A stretch of DNA of 63,815 nucleotides, counting the filler, from Octopus bimaculoides (Eukaryota), in NCBI RefSeq assembly GCF_001194135.2. It is 5 parts of 5 records of this genome, joined end to end, with 100 filler letters (N's around TTAATTAATTAA, not from the genome) between each part and the next. Parts side by side here need not be neighbours in the genome. Positions count along the whole stretch, not along the records: positions 30,799 to 61,366 come from NC_069002.1; positions 61,467 to 63,815 come from NW_026413450.1; 3 more parts are not named here. One strand, written 5' to 3'. Shown here piece by piece: positions 51,346 through 63,815 of the stretch (within the stretch, counting starts at the first letter, position 1; each line of letters begins with the position of its first letter). The notes beneath the pieces are model-generated. The model worked only from the letters and a program-made list of their open reading frames with translations, was not told where the DNA came from and ran no database searches. Both the position numbers and the translations under genes were made by a program.

Positions 51346-51644
51346 ATCTCAATATCTTAAAGAATGCAAGGAATTCTTTATTATTTTACAGCAATTATTT
51401 CTTGCTTAAGGAACACGGAAATAAATTGTCCGGCGTGTCCCTGGATAGCTTGGACGGAAAGGAGATATTAGTTATGGTCGGATATGAGTATTAATACATA
51501 TTGAAAATAGGCCTTTACAGAGACGATGGACCCACTGCATCGTACAATGTGAACGGGCATGATTTGACAAGGTCAAAAATGACACTATGTAGTATTTCTA
51601 AACAGTTTTATTTCAACATTAAAATATATTCTTTTCTTTTCTAC

Positions 51645-52600
51645 TTCTAGGCACAAGGCCTGAAAGTTTAGGGGAGTGGGGCCAGTCGATTACATCGACT
51701 CCGGTACGCATCTGGTACTTAATTTATCGACCCCGAAAGGATGAAAGGTAAAGTCGACCTAAGAGGAATTTGAACTCAGAACAAGAAGACAGACGAAATA
51801 GCGCTAAGCATTTCGACCGGCACGCTAACGTTTCTTATTTCTTTATTGCCCACAAGGGGCTAAACATAGAGGGGACAGACAAAGACAGACCAAGGGATTA
51901 AGTCGATTACATCGACCCCAGTGAGTAACTGGTACTTAATTTATCGACCCCGAAAGGATGAAAGGCAAAGTCGACCTCGGCAAAATTTGAACTCAGAACG
52001 TAAAAACTGACGAAATACCGCTAAGCATTTCGTCTGGCGTGCTAGCGTTTCTTATTTCTTTGCTGCTCACAAGGGACTACACACAGAGAGGAAAAACAAG
52101 GGCAGACAAACGGATTAAGTCTATTATATCTCGACTCCAGTGCGTAAATGGTACTTATTTAATCAACCCCGAAAGGATGAAAGGCAAAGTCGGCCTCGGC
52201 GGANNNNNNNNNNAACGTTTCTTATTTCTTTATTGCCCACAAGGGGCTAAACATAGAGGGGACAGACAAAGACAGACCAAGGGATTAAGTCGATTACATC
52301 GACCCCAGTGAGTAACTGGTACTTAATTTATCGACCCCGAAAGGATGAAAGGCAAAGTCGACCTCGGCAAAATTTGAACTCAGAACGTAAAAACTGACGA
52401 AATACCGCTAAGCATTTCGTCTGGCGTGCTAGCGTTTCTTATTTCTTTGCTGCTCACAAGGGACTACACACAGAGAGGAAAAACAAGGGCAGACAAACGG
52501 ATTAAGTCTATTATATCTCGACTCCAGTGCGTAAATGGTACTTATTTAATCAACCCCGAAAGGATGAAAGGCAAAGTCGGCCTCGGCGGAATTTGAACTC
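51645..52600 (-). mobile_element. Head-to-tail array of family B SINEs (three distinct units; 52214-52590 duplicates 51827-52203 across a 10-N gap)
   Basis: Repeated ggtactt..tt.atcRaccccgaaaggatgaaagg.aaagtcg.cct units. Confidence 0.9.
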
Positions 52601-52714
52601 CCTCTTCTATTTTTTCTTGTTTTTTGTTTTGTTTTGTTTTTTGCCATTCTACGGATAATCGCTTGTGGTAAAGCACTGACTGGTAGCAAAAGCTATCGGT
52701 CGAATAAATATTTT

Positions 52715-52925
52715 TTTATTCTTTCACTTGTTTCACACATTTGACCTTGGCCATGCCTTGGAGTGTCTTTTTTTAGTCGAAGAAATCGACCCCAGGACTT
52801 ATCCTTTCTAAGCGTAGTATTTATTCTATCGGTAGTTTTTGCCGAACCGCTAAGTTACGGGGACGTAAACACACCAACATCGGTTGTTAAGCGATGGTGG
52901 GGAACAAACACAGACACAAAGACAC
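52715..52925 (-). mobile_element. SINE family A, 3' half
   Basis: gtcgaagaaatcgaccccaggacttat...gccgaaccgctaagttacggggacgtaaacacacc. Confidence 0.88.
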
Positions 52926-53770
52926 ACAGAAAGATACACACAGATATATATATATATGAGTGTGTGTGTGTGTGTATGTGTGTGTGTGTGTGTATACGTG
53001 TATATATATATATATATATATATATNNNNNNNNNNNNNNNNNNNNNNNNNNNNNNNNNNNNNNNNNNNNNNNNNNNNNNNNNNNNNNNNNNNNNNNNNNN
53101 NNNNNNNNNNNNNNNNNNNNNNNNNNNNNNNNNNNNNNNNNNNNNNNNNNNNNNNNNNNNNNNNNNNNNNNNNNNNNNNNNNNNNNNNNNNNNNNNNNNN
53201 NNNNNNNNNNNNNNNNNNNNNNNNNNNNNNNNNNNNNNNNNNNNNNNNNNNNNNNNNNNNNNNNNNNNNNNNNNNNNNNNNNNNNNNNNNNNNNNNNNNN
53301 NNNNNNNNNNNNNNNNNNNNNNNNNNNNNNNNNNNNNNNNNNNNNNNNNNNNNNNNNNNNNNNNNNNNNNNNNNNNNNNNNNNNNNNNNNNNNNNNNNNN
53401 NNNNNNNNNNNNNNNNNNNNNNNNNNNNNNNNNNNNNNNNNNNNNNNNNNNNNNNNNNNNNNNNNNNNNNNNNNNNNNNNNNNNNNNNNNNNNNNNNNNN
53501 NNNNNNNNNNNNNNNNNNNNNNNNNNNNNNNNNNNNNNNNNNNNNNNNNNNNNNNNNNNNNNNNNNNNNNNNNNNNNNNNNNNNNNNNNNNNNNNNNNNN
53601 NNNNNNNNNNNNNNNNNNNNNNNNNNNNNNNNNNNNNNNNNNNNNNNNNNNNNNNNNNNNNNNNNNNNNNNNNNNNNNNNNNNNNNNNNNNNNNNNNNNN
53701 NNNNNNNNNNNNNNNNNNNNNNNNNNNNNNNNNNNNNNNNNNNNNNNNNNNNNNNNNNNNNNNNNNNNNN

Positions 53771-53864
<94 letters not shown>

Positions 53865-54489
53865 ATGTGTATGAGTTTGAGTGTATTTCACTTGGGAAGA
53901 TCATTGAAACTTATGGTGTTTATCTTGGTAAGGTTGGAACCAACATCTGTTGTGCAATAGAGATATTCTTCCACGCAGACGGGTCCTGTCTCTGACCAAA
54001 AGCCAAATGCTATTTAGAGAGAAATAACGATGACTAGATTCATATTTGTAATTTTTGAATCAGACCGAGATTAGACTCATTCCATTATAAGTTCTGCTGT
54101 TTCAAGATAAGAATAACCTTCCGAGACAGACTCGCTTCGTAAAAGAATGCATCAAATTCAGGCTGTATTCCAACTACTCCTTCAAATTCGACCGTAAGTA
54201 GACTAAAACTCATGAAATATCAAGCTGGAGAATTAAAACACACGATATTGTTAAACAAGAAATAAATTCAAAGGGAAATCAACCAGGATCAAGTAAGAAC
54301 GTAGATTCTATTACATGAACTGAGAAGCAACCGCACACCAGTTCTCATCGAAGGCACGCAGCAAGGATAACCAATTCAGAACCCAAGACTATCGGGTTTT
54401 TTTTCTTTATATTTTTCTGTCAATCACGTATAATGTCTCCTTTTCTCACATTGCCTGGATATTTCATAAATTACTCATATATGGAAAGC

Positions 54490-55005
54490 AATGAGCTGGC
54501 AGAATCGTTAGCACACCGGGCAAACTGCTTAGTGGCATTTCGTCCGTCATTACGTTCAAATTCCACCGACGTCGACTTAGCTTTTCATTTCTTTCGAGGA
54601 CGATAAAATAAATACCAGTTGTGCACTGGGGTCGATGTAATCGACTTATCCTCTCTCCACCGAACTTGTTGGCCTTGATACCAACATTTGAAACCAAGAT
54701 ATATAACATACGTATATAAAGCAGCGAGTTGGCAGAATTGTAAGCATGCCGGTTAAAATGCTTTTCAGTATATCATTCATCTTTACGTTCTGAGTTCAAA
54801 TTCCACCAAGGTCGACTTTGTCTTTCATCCTTTCGTGGCCGATGGGCCCAGTTGTGGTGGTGGGGCAGTGCAAACAACTAGCCCCCTCCCTCAAAATTGC
54901 TGGCTTTGGACCGAAATTTGAAACTATTAGTATTATTATGCGTTGACCATAAGGCGTCGAGCTGGCAGAATCGTTAAAACGCCGGACAAAATACTTAACG
55001 GCTTA
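54490..55005 (+). mobile_element. Cluster of three family B SINEs (two near complete, one head only)
   Basis: gagYtggcagaat heads at about 54492, 54726 and 54960. Confidence 0.85.
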
Positions 55006-55029
55006 TGTGTTGTTCCAATGTAACTAGAA

Positions 55030-55400
55030 CTTCTATTTTTGTAAGGTAGTCTTCACACTTGTCTGCATGATTCGGAGCATCTGGAGGGCGATATGTGGTA
55101 CATATAACTACAACGATTGTCTTATATGTACAATTAGCGTGTCGCATACTGAATTTGAGTGTAACAAAAGGACCCGGGGTGTGAAGTCTTTGCGGATGTA
55201 CATAGCAACTCCACCATGACTCCTTTCTTTTCTGTCAGTCCGTAACACAACATATTGTGGTATGTGTATTTCTGCATTTGCTATATCTGGTTTCAGGTGT
55301 GTTTCCGTAAGTGCTATGCATAAGACTTGATTGCATGCAACAAGGTCTCTCAGGAAAGGAATTTTTGTCCTGTTACTAAGTGTTAACAGTCCTCTGATGT
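55030..55400 (-). mobile_element. CR1/L2-type LINE apurinic endonuclease N-terminal fragment
   Basis: RGLLTLSN...CIALTETHL...RTDRKERSHGGVAMYIRKD. Confidence 0.9.
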
Positions 55401-55421
55401 ATATGTAAATACATACGTATA

Positions 55422-55473
<52 letters not shown>

Positions 55474-55989
55474 TATATATGTATATATATACATATGTAC
55501 ATATATAAATATGCATATATATAGGTATATATACGTATGTGTATATATATATGTGTGTGTGTGTATGTGTACATAAATACGGATATGCATTACTGTGTAC
55601 ATATGTACATGAATATATTCATGCATATATGTATGCATATATATGTGTGTGTCTGTGTGTATTTATGTATGTATGCATGTTTATGTGTATATTTGTATGT
55701 GCGTGTGTGCGTGCTCGCGCGTGCGTGTGTGCATGTGGTCTCACTTAATTAACAACATTCCTGTAATCTTCATTACATCTGTGTGCTCTGAGATGATTGT
55801 ATGACCAGCACTTGATCTTCAAAGCATCAAGCATATCCGACAGATAAGATTCGGTTTTATGTTCCTTTACAAACCAAGATTACTCTAGCAGATTTTCCCA
55901 AGCACTATACAGGTGCTATTACAATAATCATATGACAAATCATTGCTAGATATATCTTGGCTTCGCAAATTCGAGTGTGATTTCATGTG

Positions 55990-56520
55990 GTTATACAACC
56001 CGCATTTGGCAGGAGATATCGGTCACCGCAGTTATATTTCCAACTCGCACACGGATGATGAGACTTAACAAAAGATCTTACACTAAAGGTAAAGAAAAAC
56101 AGATTAACAACTGTTTTTGGAGTGCAAGACCCCTTGTAGATCCTAGGGATCGTTCTGAACGGTGGACTGCGCTTCTTGCAAAAGAACAACTTCCTCTCAA
56201 CATAGACATAGCAGCGCATTTAGTGCTGGCGAAAACCGTTTGACAAAAGCTTTGTCTGGACTCACAATATTCTGGGTTAGAAAACCGAAAGTTATTAGAA
56301 GAGATAGAGTGATTGGATTTGCTGTGAAAACCAGCCTATTAGAAGATTTAAAGAAGTCATACAGCATAAGGGATCGAATAATAAAATGGGAATTTCTCTA
56401 GCATTTAGTCTTTTTGTCTTTGCCAGCTCTCCCGGTAAACGAGAATACTATCTCATTTTTCGATGAGTTATTCCGAATTTTCATTTCTGCTACACCTACT
56501 CACGAAACTCCTTATTGTTC
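55990..56520 (+). mobile_element. RTE-type LINE 5' region and APE N-terminus, degenerate
   Basis: FWSARPLVDPRDRSERWTALLAK...NIDIAA, then TIFWVRKP...IGFAVKTSLL (cf. WNVRTL, ERRTALVA, YTFFW.GK, GVGFAIK). Confidence 0.8.
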
Positions 56521-56869
56521 TGAGAGATTGTAATGACGGTGTTGCTTGAAAATTTAAAATTTGGAGTTCACTTGTGCGCGATGGCATTGGCCACGAGAAT
56601 AATAAAGGATTGCATTTAAGTCAGCATTGTTTTGAACTTCATCTAAACATTTATAACTCTTTTTAAGGCACGAATTAAGGCATAAAATAACATGAACACA
56701 CTTACAATCAAAGCAAAGGTCATATGAATGCTATTACCCTCATTCGAAAGCCTGATATGCAAGGCGTCTGTAATCTACGTGTTTTATGTAGCGCAGACTG
56801 TGACGGAGGCCATAATCTAGTACAAACAAACTAAATTCAAATTTTTTTTATTATATTTTATCTTTTATC

Positions 56870-57091
56870 GTTTGTCTTTTGCTTATTTCAATCATTAGAC
56901 TGCGGCCATGATGGAGCACCACATTGGAGAATTGATAGTGGAACGTATCGACCTAAGTACTTTTTCTGTTTAAACCTGGTAATAATTCTATCGACCGCTT
57001 TTGCCGAACCGCTAATTTACGGAGACATAAACACGCCAGCACCGGTTATCAAGCGATGAAGTGAGGAACAACCACACACACNNNNNNNNNN

Positions 57092-57127
<36 letters not shown>

Positions 57128-57570
57128 TATATATATATATATATATATATTTATTTATATATATAACATATATATAAGAGGAATGACCACTAGGTGGATC
57201 CCTGATATGCTAAAATTAGACCCCATATGGTCTCAGACCATATGCGGTCTACCTTTACCATATTAGGAGTCCACCTAGTGGTCATTCCTCTTATATCTAT
57301 GTAATATAATTCTTTGAATCTTCAGATTTATTGCAATATGCTAGGCCACTGGTTTAAACTGATATTAATCTAATTAATATCAATTTTTACTCTTATTAGT
57401 TATATATATATATACGACGGAATTCTTTCAGTTTCTGTCTAGCATATCCACTCAAAGCTTTGGTCAACCCTAGGCTATAGTAGAAGACACTTGCCCAAGT
57501 CGCAACGCCGTGGAACTGAATGAATCTGGTACCATATGTTGGGTAGCTAGCTTCTTTCCACAGCAACGCC
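56870..57570 (-). mobile_element. SINE family A split by an expanded internal microsatellite and hairpin insertion
   Basis: 3' half at 56870-57080 and 5' half at 57420-57570, colinear and on the same strand. Confidence 0.75.
57172..57296. repeat. 125-bp palindrome/hairpin (MITE-like)
   Basis: 61-bp arms around a 3-nt loop (57233-57235); outer 27 bp perfect; 5 mismatches and 2 G-T pairs internally. Confidence 0.95.
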
Positions 57571-57659
57571 TGTGATTGTTAAGAAAATTCGCATGGATAG
57601 TGTAAAAAAACCACCAAAGCGAATTTTGATAAATTAGTTCAATCAGAAATAATGCAACT

Positions 57660-57890
57660 TGTACGAAAGCGAGTTCAGTAATATCAGTTTTGATGGAACT
57701 TCGAGGAATTTCAAGGATCAGGTATGTGATTTAAGCTTCACTATCTTGGGAATCAAAAGATACACAGGGAGTGGTATGACAACAATAACAATGAGATATG
57801 CCAAATGCTGGAGGGAAAACAATCAATTACCAAGACTATATTGGATCCGAAAGCAAAGAATAAAAGTCCATAGAACGCTCCTATAAATCA
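57660..57890 (+). mobile_element. Very decayed RTE RT C-terminal relic
   Basis: QVCDLSFTIL...MRYAKCW aligns by eye with the GVLCD...LYGAECW segment of RTE ORFs. Confidence 0.4.
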
Positions 57891-59335
57891 CAGAAAGCAA
57901 TGATACAGCGAGGAGCGAAAATTAGGAAGAATTCTATCTATCTATCTATCTATCTNNNNNNNNNNNNNNNNNNNNNNNNNNNNNNNNNNNNNNNNNNNNN
58001 NNNNNNNNNNNNNNNNNNNNNNNNNNNNNNNNNNNNNNNNNNNNNNNNNNNNNNNNNNNNNNNNNNNNNNNNNNNNNNNNNNNNNNNNNNNNNNNNNNNN
58101 NNNNNNNNNNNNNNNNNNNNNNNNNNNNNNNNNNNNNNNNNNNNNNNNNNNNNNNNNNNNNNNNNNNNNNNNNNNNNNNNNNNNNNNNNNNNNNNNNNNN
58201 NNNNNNNNNNNNNNNNNNNNNNNNNNNNNNNNNNNNNNNNNNNNNNNNNNNNNNNNNNNNNNNNNNNNNNNNNNNNNNNNNNNNNNNNNNNNNNNNNNNN
58301 NNNNNNNNNNNNNNNNNNNNNNNNNNNNNNNNNNNNNNNNNNNNNNNNNNNNNNNNNNNNNNNNNNNNNNNNNNNNNNNNNNNNNNNNNNNNNNNNNNNN
58401 NNNNNNNNNNNNNNNNNNNNNNNNNNNNNNNNNNNNNNNNNNNNNNNNNNNNNNNNNNNNNNNNNNNNNNNNNNNNNNNNNNNNNNNNNNNNNNNNNNNN
58501 NNNNNNNNNNNNNNNNNNNNNNNNNNNNNNNNNNNNNNNNNNNNNNNNNNNNNNNNNNNNNNNNNNNNNNNNNNNNNNNNNNNNNNNNNNNNNNNNNNNN
58601 NNNNNNNNNNNNNNNNNNNNNNNNNNNNNNNNNNNNNNNNNNNNNNNNNNNNNNNNNNNNNNNNNNNNNNNNNNNNNNNNNNNNNNNNNNNNNNNNNNNN
58701 NNNNNNNNNNNNNNNNNNNNNNNNNNNNNNNNNNNNNNNNNNNNNNNNNNNNNNNNNNNNNNNNNNNNNNNNNNNNNNNNNNNNNNNNNNNNNNNNNNNN
58801 NNNNNNNNNNNNNNNNNNNNNNNNNNNNNNNNNNNNNNNNNNNNNNNNNNNNNNNNNNNNNNTCAATGTAACTTTATAGTGTATTTGATGTCTAAATTGC
58901 AATAATGGATCTTTGTTTCTTTGTTAGAAACCAAACCCTTGTTTATGCGAAGAACTGAAAGAATCAAAGAGAGATACCAATCTTGGAACTTCCAGCATTT
59001 AAACCGATTACGATCGATATACACACACTTCCTTTTAAGGTTTTATCCTTTCATGTGTGCGTATGTCTGTGCATATGAGAACGCGTGTATATGTGTGCGT
59101 GTGTGTGTGTGTGTGTATGTGCGCACGTGCCTTGATTGGTTGTTTAGTTAGCTGGCTGGTTGGCTGGTTGGCTGGTTGTTTGGTTGGTTGGTTGGCTGGC
59201 TGGCTGGTTGGTTGGTACGTCGGTTGGTTGTCTGTGTGAATGTATTCATTAATTTCATGTCGGTAAAGTAATTCCTTTGTGCAGATGTTGACTGGAAATA
59301 TAGATATGGCATGTGTACTTTGACTACACCCCCCA

Positions 59336-59373
<38 letters not shown>

Positions 59374-60062
59374 TATACGTACGTATGTACGTACATATAT
59401 ACGTACGTAAATGTATGTATGTATTATGTGTCTATGTTTGTATGTATGTTTTATTTCGCATGTCTGTGTATATGTGTGCAAGATTTGGAGCCTGTGCATG
59501 TGCAGATTTGTATGCTTGTTTAATTCCTGTATTCTTATGCATATATCTGCATGTCTAGACATGTGCACGTATGTATATATGTATGTATGTATGTATGTAT
59601 GTTTGTATGTATGAATGAATGTCATTATCCAGTCTTCTTTTCAAGATCTTTTGTCAATAGAGAAGCAGTCGGTTTCTAACCCAGATCAACAGCAACACTT
59701 TTGTATGTATGTATGTATGTATGTATGTATGTATGTATGTATGTATGTATGTATGTATGTATATGTGCAGATTTTTATGCGTTGTTTTATGCATATATTT
59801 TCATGCATATAGTTGATTATCTAGACATGCTTGTATATATTTAAATGATAAACTTCTGGAAAGTTTTACAGATATTCACAGTTCCAGTGATGGCTTGGAT
59901 CTACAGTCTTCGAATCAGCTTTCTCCTTTCTGGTTTTAAGAAGCCTTATTTCTCAAGATTTGTATTTAGGTAGCGTGTTACATATCTCAGGGCCCCAATA
60001 ATTACATTGTATGTATGTATGTATGTATGTATGTATGTATGTATGTATGTATGTATGTATGA

Positions 60063-60515
60063 GGAGGCGCAATGGCCCAGTGGTTAGGGCAGCGGACTCG
60101 CGGTCATTGGATCGAGGTTTCGATTCCCAGACCGGGCGTTGTGAGTGTTTATTGAGCGAAAACACCTAAAGCTCCACGAGGCTCTGGCAGGGGATGGTGG
60201 CGAACCCTGCTGTACTCTTACACCACAACTTTCTCTCACTCTTTCTTCCTATTTCTGTTGTGCCTGTAATTCANNNNNNNNNNCTCTTACACCACAACTT
60301 TCTCTCACTCTTTCTTCCTATTTCTGTTGTGCCTGTAATTCAAAGGGTCAGCCTTGTCACACTGTGTCACGCTGAATATCCCCGAGAACTATGCTAAGGC
60401 TACACGTGTCTGTGGAGTGCTCAGCCACTTGTACGTTAATTTCACGAGCAGGCTGTTCCGTTGATCGGATCAACTGGAACCCTCGACGTCGTAAGCGACG
60501 GAGAGCGCCAACAAC
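60063..60515 (+). mobile_element. SINE family C with 12-bp TSD in a (GTAT)n tract
   Basis: atgtatgtatga at 60051-60062 and 60516-60527; internal 59-bp overlap duplicated across a 10-N gap. Confidence 0.93.
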
Positions 60516-60764
60516 ATGTATGTATGAAAATACAGTGTGGGAATGTTGGTTGCATAGTTAGACGAATGTAGTATAGAAGATGACTGAAGTGACAGTCTTT
60601 AGATGTTGACTGTATAGATCAGTGTTACGCTATCATTTTTTTTCTTTTTTTTACATATGGATCCCTCTCGTTGCTATTTTATTTGCGTGGGCCCTCATCG
60701 CCAGGTAATGTTTAAAAAAACTCTGGTGTTTTTAATATTCAATAATTATGAAGGATTATAAGGA

Positions 60765-60960
60765 GTTGGGCTGGTAGAATCGTTAGCACGCCGGGCAAAA
60801 TGCTTTACAGCGTTTAGTCCATCTGAACGTTTTGAGTTCAAATGCCGCCAGGGTCGACTTCGCCATTCATTGTTTCAGGGTCAGCAAAATAAGTACCGGG
60901 AATCGAACTCAGATAATTATCTCATGATTGTGAGTTCGACACTCAAACCACTGAGCCATC
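60765..60960 (+). mobile_element. Truncated family B SINE fused to an inverted tRNA-like SINE head
   Basis: ggctggtagaatcgttagcacgccgg...aataagtaccgg, then the reverse complement of gatggctcagtggtttgagtgtcg...gagttcgattc. Confidence 0.7.
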
Positions 60961-61746
60961 AACACCGCTATAAACACACCACCAACACTAATGACTCCAC
61001 CAGCACCACTACAATAAAACCACTACAACCAACACCACTACAACCACTAAAACCACCACCAGCATCGCCACCACATCACCACGCCACACTACAACCAACA
61101 TCACGTCCTACTACCACCACCGCCAACAACAACAACGACAACACCGTTACAATCCCCACTACCACCCTCACCACCTACACGACAACAATAGCAGCAGCAA
61201 CAATACAATGCTGTACTTCACAAAAGTACATAAAACTGACCTCAACGGCCTTTTTTCAGTGAGACCATGCAATAAAGAAACAGATATATCGATATTGGCT
61301 GTAGCAGCAGCAGCACCACCACCACCATCCTCTGTATTAGTACTGGTGATGGTGATGTTGATGATGNNNNNNNNNNNNNNNNNNNNNNNNNNNNNNNNNN
61401 NNNNNNNNNNTTAATTAATTAANNNNNNNNNNNNNNNNNNNNNNNNNNNNNNNNNNNNNNNNNNNNTATATATATATATATATATATACACGCACACATG
61501 CTTACGTGTGTGTTTAAAAACAGTTCACTTAATTTTTGCTTGAGGTTAGCGGTCCTTGGATATACACATATAAATACAATAAACTGGTTGTGTGATATGC
61601 ACAATGAAGTAAAAAAGGAAAACATCAAATATTTTAAATTGGAAATGAACATTCATTAAGATACATGGATTTAAATTAAAACGCGAATCCTTTCAATCGT
61701 CTGACTCTCCGCAATCATGAATAATAAGATATAAACCGGTAATCAC

Positions 61747-61784
<38 letters not shown>

Positions 61785-62906
61785 NNNNNNNNNNNNNNNN
61801 NNNNNNNNNNNNNNNNNNNNNNNNNNNNNNNNNNNNNNNNNNNNNNNNNNNNNNNNNNNNNNNNNNNNNNNNNNNNNNNNNNNNNNNNNNNNNNNNNNNN
61901 NNNNNNNNNNNNNNNNNNNNNNNNNNNNNNNNNNNNNNNNNNNNNNNNNNNNNNNNNNNNNNNNNNNNNNNNNNNNNNNNNNNNNNNNNNNNNNNNNNNN
62001 NNNNNNNNNNNNNNNNNNNNNNNNNNNNNNNNNNNNNNNNNNNNNNNNNNNNNNNNNNNNNNNNNNNNNNNNNNNNNNNNNNNNNNNNNNNNNNNNNNNN
62101 NNNNNNNNNNNNNNNNNNNNNNNNNNNNNNNNNNNNNNNNNNNNNNNNNNNNNNNNNNNNNNNNNNNNNNNNNNNNNNNNNNNNNNNNNNNNNNNNNNNN
62201 NNNNNNNNNNNNNNNNNNNNNNNNNNNNNNNNNNNNNNNNNNNNNNNNNNNNNNNNNNNNNNNNNNNNNNNNNNNNNNNNNNNNNNNNNNNNNNNNNNNN
62301 NNNNNNNNNNNNNNNNNNNNNNNNNNNNNNNNNNNNNNNNNNNNNNNNNNNNNNNNNNNNNNNNNNNNNNNNNNNNNNNNNNNNNNNNNNNNNNNNNNNN
62401 NNNNNNNNNNNNNNNNNNNNNNNNNNNNNNNNNNNNNNNNNNNNNNNNNNNNNNNNNNNNNNNNNNNNNNNNNNNNNNNNNNNNNNNNNNNNNNNNNNNN
62501 NNNNNNNNNNNNNNNNNNNNNNNNNNNNNNNNNNNNNNNNNNNNNNNNNNNNNNNNNNNNNNNNNNNNNNNNNNNNNNNNNNNNNNNNNNNNNNNNNNNN
62601 NNNNNNNNNNNACTCAGTTGAGCTCTTCTGTTACTTCTTCACAATCCGCCATGCTGCAGTCCCATGAAAACGCCGTATCTCCGGCATAGATAAATCAAAA
62701 CGTAACTATGCACGCATGCAAAGATGTGCATGCGTATGCACGTACATGCGTGTATTCATATTTGTATATGTACAAACCTTTATGTTTGCATACATACATG
62801 CGTATATGTGAACATGCATACATCTATGCATACATACATGAGTACATAATACATGCATGCTTACATACATACACATACGTACGTAGATATATGCATACAA
62901 ATATAC

Positions 62907-62937
<31 letters not shown>

Positions 62938-63713
62938 CATACATACATACATGCATAGATACATACATACACACACATGTATAGAAACATACATATATAC
63001 GTTCACATATACATACATGCACAAGGTATAAAGAAGCCTAGATAATTCGTTATATTAGCATGAAAAACTAGAAGGCAGATAGGTAAACAACAGAATCTCT
63101 ATTACCTACAAACACAGTGAAATATAATTCTGTTTTCAGCGATTGTGCATGACCAGAAAGCATGAATTAACTTAAAGTTGGTTACATATTAGTGGATGCA
63201 TACATCTGAGAGTGTTTACACATGACTAGATAAATCATGTAAAGTAGAAGGAAAATGGAATCTGCACTGTTTTAGAACGATCGTAGTTAGTTGAAACCAG
63301 ATCAGAATTAATGTCTGTAGTGACTTGTCACGCATTATCTCATTATTTCTGACATTATTTCAGAAATTACTGACTTTAGCGGAAGCCAAAACTGCTGCTT
63401 AGATGTACCGATTACATTTCACAAAGAGCTGGAAGACGAACGAACACAAGGGAACTCCTTTCGAGGGAATTAACAGCTAAATCTACCACAAATAGTACCT
63501 TGCAGTCTTTAAATAAGGGCAACACACAGACTCGATTATATTGTCATTGATTCATTATGTCTGAATACACGACTGGAACGCCGGTCATACGACTGAAAGC
63601 CGACGCGGAGAGAACGGGATGCTCTTCGTTGTTCTAACACCTATCCAAAACCTACAACACAATTACAAAAGCAAGAGCACAATTTCAAAAGATATGCAGA
63701 CAGACAGACAGAC

Positions 63714-63752
<39 letters not shown>

Positions 63753-63815
63753 CAGGCAGACAGAGATATAGATATACTTATATATATATATATGTATATT
63801 GGATATATATATATA

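Noticed and set aside
52214-52590. Exact 377-bp tandem duplication, and similar ones at 60284-60342 and 37232-37305
   Set aside because: Identical or near-identical copies on both sides of N gaps are typical unmerged contig overlaps.
51645-52600. CRISPR-like periodic array
   Set aside because: Units are about 200-bp SINE copies without unique spacers; eukaryotic context, no cas genes.
56423-56430. Possible 8-nt micro-exon CTCTCCCG|gtaaac
   Set aside because: Weak donor and located inside RTE-derived sequence.
57680-57726. Strong donor CAG|gtatgt at 57721
   Set aside because: No good acceptor, and the segment reads through as an RTE relic.
60870-61262. Thr/Pro-rich 130-aa ORF
   Set aside because: Degenerate (ACC/ACA)n microsatellite starting inside SINE sequence; no higher-order structure.

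Overview
Eukaryotic, AT-rich, repeat-saturated scaffold sequence with roughly 15% N gaps. The SINE families and microsatellite density suggest a coleoid cephalopod (octopus-like); this is inference. No complete gene is present, and almost all listed ORFs are artefacts of microsatellites or N runs. Mobile DNA includes: a stack of R4/Dong-type RLE retrotransposons in (TAA)n at 91-4125; Penelope pieces (RT plus GIY-YIG at 5368-6712); RTE and CR1/Jockey-type LINE relics; mariner, Tigger and hAT remnants; and at least three tRNA-derived SINE families (called A, B and C here). Three signals stand out. (1) Minimal type I hammerhead ribozyme motifs occur in two non-coding repeat families, one placed behind a tRNA/Pol III head (27874-28130). 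(2) A + strand chain of candidate micro-exons of 7, 21 and 26 nt splices into an open frame (VLSCMDLVVSLTQQNIED), suggesting the window is largely intronic. (3) A 125-bp near-perfect hairpin lies at 57172-57296.
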